A program made the translations under genes and the position numbers. A DNA stretch of 64,000 nucleotides from an uncultured Acidimicrobiia bacterium (GTDB lineage Bacteria; Acidobacteriota; Terriglobia; Versatilivoradales; Versatilivoraceae), in the NCBI GenBank assembly GCA_963786955.1, contig CAWBAT010000006.1, forward strand, positions 1,024,001 through 1,088,000. Direction: 5' to 3'. How positions within the stretch are numbered: position 1 is the first letter of the stretch; the number at the start of each line of letters is the position of its first letter. Shown here piece after piece: positions 54,267 through 64,000 of the stretch. A model generated the notes under the pieces. It saw only the letters and a list, made by a program, of their open reading frames with translations, ran no database searches and was not told where the DNA came from.

Positions 54267-55748
54267 CTAATCAACTTTCAGCAACGAGAAAACTGACGCT
54301 TGCCAGGGAGTGGCGTCCAGATAGAGTCCGCCTGATTGTAAATCGCTCCCCTCCCGATCGTAAATTGCCTGGCCCATTTGATCCTGGAGCCGCCACTGAC
54401 TACCCGCAAGGTCTGTAAATGGCAGCTGAACGTAGCATTGGCTCTGGTTTGGAGCATAGTTCACAGTCACCAGCAACCGCATTCCATGGGGGTCTTGCCA
54501 TGCAAACACCAGGAAACAATCCCAAGTCGGATTCCCCTCCCAGGCAGGCCTGCACTCTAGTAATTGCCATTGGCCCTCGCGCACAATCCGTTGGCGTAGC
54601 ACGTTAAGCACCCGATCATAAAACTGTTCTAACTTCTGATCAGGAGATTCATCCGGCCCACGACCGAGATGAGGAGAGATTCTTTTCTTTCGCCCCTGGA
54701 ATTGTCCCTGATGAAAGAAACGCAGCCCCGGAGCCAGAAAGGTGATGACGGCGGCAGCCTCATGCATCCCAGGAGGAAAGGTCGCGGCAGTTCTGGGTTC
54801 GTCGTGGTTTTCCAGAAATCGGGCCAATTTGTTCTGGTATTCGAGCTCGGCCGAAAGGTGCTCGCGCACGGGACGCGCGTGTCCCTCGCGCAATCGATCG
54901 TAGAGCCGCTTATCGTAAGCGTAGTCAAAACCTTGTTGTTGCATGGTCCATTCCATATCCCAATAGACTTCGGCCATGAAGCAGAAATCCGGGAACTGCT
55001 CCCGAACGGATTGCGTCGCATTCGGCCAGAAGGGCTGAGCCCATGTGTTCCAGGTCCGTTTGAAAACGTCCGGCAACACGAGCATGGCCATGTCGCAGCG
55101 CACGCCGTCACATTGACCGGCAATCTTCATCAGTTCTCCCATCATGGCCTCTTGCGTTTTGGGGTTACCATAGTTGAGCTGAAGCGTATCGGGCCAACCG
55201 GAAAAGTAAGGATCCCGACCATAAGCCAGAATGAGGCTGCCCCGCTTTTGCTGGATCCGGATGTAGTTTTGGGGCGATCTTACCAAATCACCTTCGCTCC
55301 CGGGGATGTAGTACTCCGGGTGATCTTCCACCCAAGGGTGATCCAGGCCAGTATGGTTGGGGACAAAGTCAAGCATCAGCCGCAATCCATATTTACGAAG
55401 GCGGCCGCGGAGCCGGACCAGGGCAGGATCTCCGCCCAGGTCGGGGTGGACCGTGTAACCGGTGATCGCAAACCCGGAACCCGAGATGTCTTCTTCGCGC
55501 AAATCCGGCAGTGTCTCTTTAAATTCCTGGCGCCAATCCGCATGGGTCCGGGAAATTCGCTGCCCTGCCAAGCCGGTCTGCCAGACGCTCAGAAACCAGA
55601 CCCAGTCAAACCCCAGCTCGGCCAGGCGCTCCAGTTCAGCATCCGGAATATCATCCAGCGTTACCGGCCGGCGCAAGTTATGAGACAGCTCCGTCAGCCA
55701 GACACGCGTGTTTATTTGGTAGAGCGAAGGATAGAGTGGTTCACGCAT
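54267..55748 (-). CDS. GH13 alpha-amylase family protein
   Basis: LDFVPNH, DGVRCDMA, AEVYW, FLENHDE conserved regions I-IV. Confidence 0.92.
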   Translation of the reverse strand: MREPLYPSLYQINTRVWLTELSHNLRRPVTLDDIPDAELERLAELGFDWVWFLSVWQTGLAGQRISRTHADWRQEFKETLPDLREEDISGSGFAITGYTVHPDLGGDPALVRLRGRLRKYGLRLMLDFVPNHTGLDHPWVEDHPEYYIPGSEGDLVRSPQNYIRIQQKRGSLILAYGRDPYFSGWPDTLQLNYGNPKTQEAMMGELMKIAGQCDGVRCDMAMLVLPDVFKRTWNTWAQPFWPNATQSVREQFPDFCFMAEVYWDMEWTMQQQGFDYAYDKRLYDRLREGHARPVREHLSAELEYQNKLARFLENHDEPRTAATFPPGMHEAAAVITFLAPGLRFFHQGQFQGRKKRISPHLGRGPDESPDQKLEQFYDRVLNVLRQRIVREGQWQLLECRPAWEGNPTWDCFLVFAWQDPHGMRLLVTVNYAPNQSQCYVQLPFTDLAGSQWRLQDQMGQAIYDREGSDLQSGGLYLDATPWQASVFSLLKVD

Positions 55749-55749
55749 G

Positions 55750-58521
<2,772 letters not shown>

Positions 58522-58689
58522 AAATGTAACTTCCTCTGGTCTTGATGGATAGCCAGGCAAGATCTAAATAAGTGACTTTATGTTGCTGGTTATCATCTTC
58601 CCAACAGATTCCTCTCCAGTCAAGGCCACACGCCATAATATGAATGGATGCTTTATTCACCTACCCACTCTGGAGCATGCGCTTTCTTT

Positions 58690-58860
58690 ACTCCCCTGAA
58701 GTCCCCCCTTGTGCAAGGGAAGGTGTGAAAGAATTGCGCCGGGGCGGGGGACCCGGCCTACAAACCGGCGGCAAGCTCTTTGAAATCATTGTAGGCCGCG
58801 TGACCCCACGCGGCGTTTTCCAATTCTTTCGCAGCTTCAGGGGGACTTCAGAGGGGGGCA
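58690..58860. repeat. Nested REP cluster
   Basis: cccctgaagtccccc...ggggacttcagagggg outer pair enclosing cggcctacaa...ttgtaggccgcgtgaccccacgcgg. Confidence 0.6.
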
Positions 58861-58894
58861 TCAATTCGGCCGGTTTCCTAAGCAGTCTTCACTG

Positions 58895-60127
58895 CTACGC
58901 GGTTCTGTTTCCTTGATGCTCCGGCGCATGGGCGTCTAAAACCGCGATCTTCGCTTCGTACAGCTTGATGCCCGGAATGGCGCTCAACCCATGGGCAAAG
59001 ATGCTAAGCAAAACTGTCACCGTCACTGTGAGCTTGATGGTGGCCTCCCCGGGCAGATGTGCTTCGCTTTCCAGGTAAACCATCGTAAGAACAATCGAAG
59101 CCAGACCGCGCGGTCCGAACCATCCCATAAAGATCACACTGGCCTTGCTCAGACGGGTACCGATCAGCGCAAGCGCTACCGGCAGCATCCGCGCCACCGT
59201 TAGGCTGAAAACGGCATACACTAGCATGGCGGCGGAGAAGAGTTGCGCTGATCGTACAACTAGCAGGCCAAATAGAAAAAAAACGAACAGGTTGAGTAGT
59301 TGACCCCATTCTTCTGTGAACTCGAGGCTGTGTTTCCCAGCTTCCTTAAACCGCACCTGCACCGCCAAGCCAGCCACGAATGCCGCAATGAACATGCTTG
59401 CGCTGGCGGCCTCAGAAGCCAGCGCACAGAGCAGCGGCAACGTTACGACCCCGATTTGAAGGAAGGAGTCCGCCATGGATTTCTTGCGGTTTGCAAAGCC
59501 CAAGAGCCACCCTCCCATCAGGCCAATTCCCAATCCGATGACTGCTCCGAAACCAAGCTGCTCCAGGATGTACGGCGCCAAATGCGCGTCGCGGCCTGGT
59601 ACGCTGGTTGCGGCCAGGGCGATGAAGAACATCATAAAAGGGACTGATAGCCCGTCATTGAGCCCTGCTTCTACGTTGAGAGCCTGGCGAATCCGCATCG
59701 GCACACGCGGACTGGACACAATGATCTGTCCAAGCCCGGCATCGGTCGGGGCAAGAATGGCGGCCAGAATACCGGCTTCCCAAAGTGAAAGTTGGCGAAA
59801 GCAGACCAGCGCCCCGAGGGCCCCAAACAGGATCGTGAGCAACATCCCGATGCTCAGCAGGCGGGCGGGGAGGTTGCGAATGCTCTTTAGCACCCGGAGA
59901 TCGGTGCGGCTGGCGTCGGTGAAGAGCAGCAACACCAAGCCTGCCTCAGCGATCCGGAGAAAGACTTGGAGACTGCCTTTTTGCTCCCGGAGTTCAGGCA
60001 GCAGGAACACAACACACATCCCCGCGGCCGTGAACACGATCGGGGCCGTCAAAACTGTTCGATCCAGTCGTCCGGAAACCAGGCTGTAGATGAAGATCAG
60101 TCCGATGAAAATGGCAATGAAGGACAT
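58895..60127 (-). CDS. Cation:proton antiporter (CPA1/NhaP-like)
   Basis: LLFTDA, LAPTDAGLG, VEAGLNDG, WFGPRGLAS; GGAGG RBS before MSFI. Confidence 0.9.
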   Translation of the reverse strand: MSFIAIFIGLIFIYSLVSGRLDRTVLTAPIVFTAAGMCVVFLLPELREQKGSLQVFLRIAEAGLVLLLFTDASRTDLRVLKSIRNLPARLLSIGMLLTILFGALGALVCFRQLSLWEAGILAAILAPTDAGLGQIIVSSPRVPMRIRQALNVEAGLNDGLSVPFMMFFIALAATSVPGRDAHLAPYILEQLGFGAVIGLGIGLMGGWLLGFANRKKSMADSFLQIGVVTLPLLCALASEAASASMFIAAFVAGLAVQVRFKEAGKHSLEFTEEWGQLLNLFVFFLFGLLVVRSAQLFSAAMLVYAVFSLTVARMLPVALALIGTRLSKASVIFMGWFGPRGLASIVLTMVYLESEAHLPGEATIKLTVTVTVLLSIFAHGLSAIPGIKLYEAKIAVLDAHAPEHQGNRTA

Positions 60128-60165
60128 CGATAACACCTCCCGCCCAGGTCAAGGCCGCTCAGAAC

Positions 60166-60708
60166 CTATGATTTGGCTGCTCCTTCTAATTTCCCGGCAT
60201 GCGACATCGGCCAGATCCTGGCCATGAGTATGCTCACCAGTAGTCCCATCACACAGCCCAGGATGACTTCTGCCACTTTATGCAAGCCATGTTCGATACC
60301 AGTCAATTTCGATTGATGAACCAAGCCGGAGGCGATGACGATCGCAGCGGTGATTGGCGCTTGCCGCCACATCGCCTGAACACGGACCACATAGGATGAC
60401 AGAAGCACACTTACCGACAAAGCGAGAGGGAGAGTCCATTCGCGCGGACCGCCGACAATGATGAAAAGTAGTCCAACAGCGCAACCGACAAGGGCATTGA
60501 CGATCCGTCCGCGGAACATGACGTACGCTTGTTCGACTTTCGGATCGCTGGCAGCGATCATCGAAGCAATAGCCCAGATCGGGTTACTGTCTGAAAATGA
60601 CCGCAACAGATGCCAGAGGATCGTGCTCGCAATGAACACATTCAAGGCAAAACGAACGCCAAGTAGATCACCGCGAAAACGCTCCAGAATCTTCATAGGC
60701 CATCCCAT
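60166..60708 (-). CDS. FUSC-like membrane protein
   Basis: PIWAIASMI, RIVNALVGC, KVAEVILGC; hydrophobic. Confidence 0.75.
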   Translation of the reverse strand: MGWPMKILERFRGDLLGVRFALNVFIASTILWHLLRSFSDSNPIWAIASMIAASDPKVEQAYVMFRGRIVNALVGCAVGLLFIIVGGPREWTLPLALSVSVLLSSYVVRVQAMWRQAPITAAIVIASGLVHQSKLTGIEHGLHKVAEVILGCVMGLLVSILMARIWPMSHAGKLEGAAKS

Positions 60709-60739
60709 CAACTTGGTCTTCCTTCTCTCTGAGAAAGTC

Positions 60740-61658
60740 CTATTCGTGGCCTTGAGGGGGATTGCCTCTGAGACGGTAGACGATACCCGTCTTGGTTGCT
60801 CCGAGTGAGATCCAGTCCTGAACTGCGCGTTGCAGCGTAATGTAAAATTGTTCGCATCGATCCTTAGTCTTCTGGTGGATTTCTTCTCTTTTATCGAACT
60901 GGCACTGGTAGGCAAATTCTCCTACCAGGGGCGTGTGTTCGCCGCGGGTACGCCACAGCGCAACATTGCACTTCCCCACAATCCCTTTGCCAAAATCCAG
61001 TTCCCCGAGCTCTAGGAGAACCTCCTCAACGATAGCTTCGTTTACCAGGCTGACTTTTTCATCATCGGATTTCTTCAAATAGGCCAGCGCGGGAAAAACG
61101 TGGCCCAGCGTGGACATCGAGTCTTTATCCGCATCGTGCATCTGGCTTAAGCCAAACACGCAGTTATGCGAGTACAAGATTCGATAACCTCCGATTTCAT
61201 CTTTTAGCGGCAAGGCCTCGGCTTTATATTTGATCCGATACTTCCCGGAGATGTTCGGCCGTACGTCCAGCTCCGCAGCCTTTTTCTCATCCGGATGGCG
61301 AAACTTAAAGACAATTTCCGGGATCGCCCACGGGAAACCCATCCACATACATAATGCGCCGACGCAGGATGAAAGCATTGTTATAGAGGCGGAAGTCCGG
61401 GGTGTCCAAAAAAACGATTTCCCGGATGTCCGGCCGCAGGCCAACCCCGGGATCCGCAATAAATCCGACCTTATTGTCTTCAGCCGTGTGGCGCACGATT
61501 TTGCCGAAGTCTCGAAAGCTCTCGACCGAAGTGAAACGATCGGGTTTCAAAATGAGCTTGGCCTCAAGATAATGAATTTGATCCAGTGGATGACCGTCGC
61601 TGTAATGTGCCTGGGTGAGATCAGGAGCAGAGCTGGGTCGCGGAGCTTCATCTAACAT
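60740..61658 (-). CDS. Conserved hypothetical, CYTH/triphosphate-tunnel-like (one frameshift at ~61322)
   Basis: YLEAKLIL, FLDTPDFRLYNNAFILRRR, then PEIVFKFRHPD after removing one C from a CCC run. Confidence 0.6.
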
Positions 61659-61747
61659 TATGGTTTCTCCTTATTACTTCGCAGAAATAATGGCTGGGGA
61701 TTCTTGAAATCGATTACGGACAACTGCAACTCAGTACTTACCCGTCT

Positions 61748-62512
61748 TCATTTTCCAATAAGATGCACAGCCTTTTCGAGCGGGGCACTGGAAATCTTGA
61801 TGAAACCTTTAACCGGTTGGTTCAATTCCTGGATCAAAAAGATTGAGCCAGCTATCGATATCGCGCAAATGAACAAAGCCGTGATAGCCGTTCCATTGCG
61901 AGGAGCAAAGAGGCCAAAGCTGACATAGAGGACAGTGAGCCAGAAAATCAGGATTGCGATCAAAGCGGTTGGGAGCGTACCCTGCGTCTCCTCAATCAGT
62001 AGCCAACGTGTTTGCTGCAAATCACTACTGATCTCTAGGGCTTGTGACTGAATCGACCTCTGCAACTCGTTCTGCGGAGCGAGTTCACGGATCCTCGTAT
62101 GAACAGACTCAATTTCGGTACTGCCTACTGCGGAGCCGAAGTCATCCGTCCTTTTCTTTTCCTCGGGCCAGACGCGCTCAATTAAGTCGGAGACGTTATG
62201 ACGCAGCAGATTGCGAACCTCTTTCGTCTCGGTTCCATAGCGGGCCAAGATGCGGTCAAGCATGATGATTTTCGCTCCGACCTGGGTTATCCCAGAATTC
62301 ATTGTATCAAATGAACTCTTTGCCGAGCTAATCAGCAGGCCGAGGACAAGAGCAGCCAGCGTAGCAATCATTGCTGCTGCTGTCTTAACGACATCTTTCG
62401 AATCATCGCGCAGATGATGTTCGGGAAGAAAGGCACGAAGGATCGCGCCCAAAAGGATGCCCCCCGAGAGACACGCCAGAGAAATTAAAGTAATGGTCAA
62501 CGAACTATGCAT
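61748..62512 (-). CDS. DUF4239 / bestrophin-like membrane protein
   Basis: IATLAALVLGLLISSAKSSF, FGLFAPRN, IQELNQPVKG. Confidence 0.75.
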   Translation of the reverse strand: MHSSLTITLISLACLSGGILLGAILRAFLPEHHLRDDSKDVVKTAAAMIATLAALVLGLLISSAKSSFDTMNSGITQVGAKIIMLDRILARYGTETKEVRNLLRHNVSDLIERVWPEEKKRTDDFGSAVGSTEIESVHTRIRELAPQNELQRSIQSQALEISSDLQQTRWLLIEETQGTLPTALIAILIFWLTVLYVSFGLFAPRNGTAITALFICAISIAGSIFLIQELNQPVKGFIKISSAPLEKAVHLIGK

Positions 62513-62548
62513 TCACACCTCCAAAGACAATTAGGCTGCTGGCACAAT

Positions 62549-63238
62549 TTAAACAACAGGGGATGCCGCTCGGTCCGCAATTATGATAGCTTGGTCCTGA
62601 AGCACTCGCCCAGCTGGAATCGACTCATCGCCATCACGCAGGCGCACCAGCATTCCAGCCTTTTCACTTCCGGTCACGAGCCAAAGGATGTGCCGGGAAC
62701 GATTCAATACGGGATAGGTCAAGGTCATGCGACGCCTCCCCTGGTAGAGCGCGGTCTGCGCGACATCGACGTCAGTGATTTTAAGGACCGGATCTCCCGG
62801 TACCAGCGAAGCGGTATGGCCGTCAGGGCCAAGACCGAGGTGGCAAAGATCGAGCACCGGCGGCGAGCCCGCAACCTCCCGAAGAGTTTGAGCATAGCGC
62901 GTGGCCGCGGCCTCAAGGTCGGGCATTTCTACCGGCATGGCATAGATTTGTTCTGGACGCAAAGGGGCGTGGCCTAGCAAGCTTTCCCGCAAATGAGTCA
63001 GATTTCGGTCCGGGTCTCCGGCTGGGGCGACTCGCTCGTCTACTTGCACGACATGCACGGCTTTCCATGGGACCTCTTCGCCTGCCAAGGCACGCAGCAT
63101 CTGCCAAGGCGTTTGTCCGCCGCTGACGGCCATCACGAATCGGCCGCGCGCAGCTACAGCCGCTCGCGCCTCCTCAGCGATCAGCGAAGCAGCCCTAAGT
63201 GCAACCGAATTGGCATCAGCCAGAACTTCAATTTTCAT
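62549..63238 (-). CDS. pgl: 6-phosphogluconolactonase
   Basis: AVSGGQTP, VDERV, LGLGPDGHTASL, RMTLT, GSEKA. Confidence 0.93.
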   Translation of the reverse strand: MKIEVLADANSVALRAASLIAEEARAAVAARGRFVMAVSGGQTPWQMLRALAGEEVPWKAVHVVQVDERVAPAGDPDRNLTHLRESLLGHAPLRPEQIYAMPVEMPDLEAAATRYAQTLREVAGSPPVLDLCHLGLGPDGHTASLVPGDPVLKITDVDVAQTALYQGRRRMTLTYPVLNRSRHILWLVTGSEKAGMLVRLRDGDESIPAGRVLQDQAIIIADRAASPVV

Positions 63239-63249
63239 GAATTTGTTTC

Positions 63250-63600
63250 CAACGATTTAAATCGCCCCAAGAGGGAACTAGGCACAATTCTCTTCCGGAG
63301 GAGGGGTGGGTTCATTGCCGACAAAAAGCGGGCAGGATGCCCGCGCTCCCAGCAGGAATCTTCCCTACACTTGAGGGGATTAATTTCCATTCCCCTCCTT
63401 GATAAGGAGGGGGCAGGGGGTGGTCGTTCTGGTAGGTCACGCACGCCGTGCGCGCCGCCATGCCCAAACTGGAGTCGGCGGTCTCAGCGAGACCGCCCTA
63501 CCTTTCCCCCTGGAGTCCCCCCTAACCAAGGGGGACACTCGCGGAGAGACACTAAAACAAATTCTTTCACACCTTGAGGGGTGCAGGGGGGGATTTTAGG
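63250..63600. repeat. Composite REP-like palindrome cluster
   Basis: gcgggcaggatgcccgc, ttcccctccttgataaggagggg, ggcggtctcagcgagaccgcc, tccccctaaccaaggggga. Confidence 0.55.
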
Positions 63601-63637
63601 CTCACAGAGTATGCTCGCGACACGCCACCTCATGAGC

Positions 63638-64000
63638 TCACTTGACATTAAAAGTGATACCAATTACCAATCCGGTCTGGGCGACGTCTGCCACCGCAGT
63701 CTTGCCGGGCCGATAATCGAGATCCAGATAACGCCAGCCCGCCTGCAACATACATTTTTTCAACTTATAGCCGAGCAAACCGGCGACCTGATAATCCAAC
63801 TTCGCGCCTCCGGTACCGGCATCCCCCAAGATCGTTACCACAGCCTTCGATGAGAGCGGAAATTGTATTTGCGCTCCGGCGACACCATCGACCCAGTTCG
63901 CTGAATCGGATAGATCCCTTCCAAACGTGGAAGGAGTTAGACTCAAATTCGTTCCTATATGCCAATAGCGGATGCCGACCAACGCGTCGACCTTAAGCTT
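63638..64000 (-). CDS. Outer-membrane beta-barrel protein, C-terminal part (runs off the right edge)
   Basis: Open frame from the edge; WVDGVAG, GDAGTGG, AGWRYLDLDY, GLVIGITF amphipathic strands. Confidence 0.7.
   Translation of the reverse strand, partial: KLKVDALVGIRYWHIGTNLSLTPSTFGRDLSDSANWVDGVAGAQIQFPLSSKAVVTILGDAGTGGAKLDYQVAGLLGYKLKKCMLQAGWRYLDLDYRPGKTAVADVAQTGLVIGITFNVK

Overview
This 64 kb window comes from a diderm bacterium (it has OM porins and a TolC-like factor). It is almost entirely a mosaic anaerobic/acid-stress energy island. Left arm (- strand): phosphoketolase (partial), a transaldolase homolog lacking its catalytic residues, DUF3300/DUF2950, a K+ channel, DUF2252, PPK2, two SulP transporters, a full but heavily frameshifted GC-rich atpBEFHAGDC operon, beta-carbonic anhydrase, MscS and a second PPK2. 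Centre (+ strand): four amino-acid deaminases (glutaminase, aspartase, asparaginase, Fe-S L-serine dehydratase) that all carry N-terminal export signals, with a DcaP porin, a Dcu transporter and an MFS, followed by pta/PFOR remnants, ackA and pflBA. Right arm (- strand): RND efflux system, internally deleted ppk2, IS200-type Y1 transposase next to a 76-bp tandem array, ROK/polyP glucokinase, GH63-GH13-GH63, NhaP, FUSC, a CYTH-like protein, DUF4239, pgl and a partial OM beta-barrel. The best candidate novel system is the exported (periplasmic) ammonia-releasing deaminase cassette. Many single-base frameshifts may be long-read errors. All family calls come from motif recognition by eye, not database searches.
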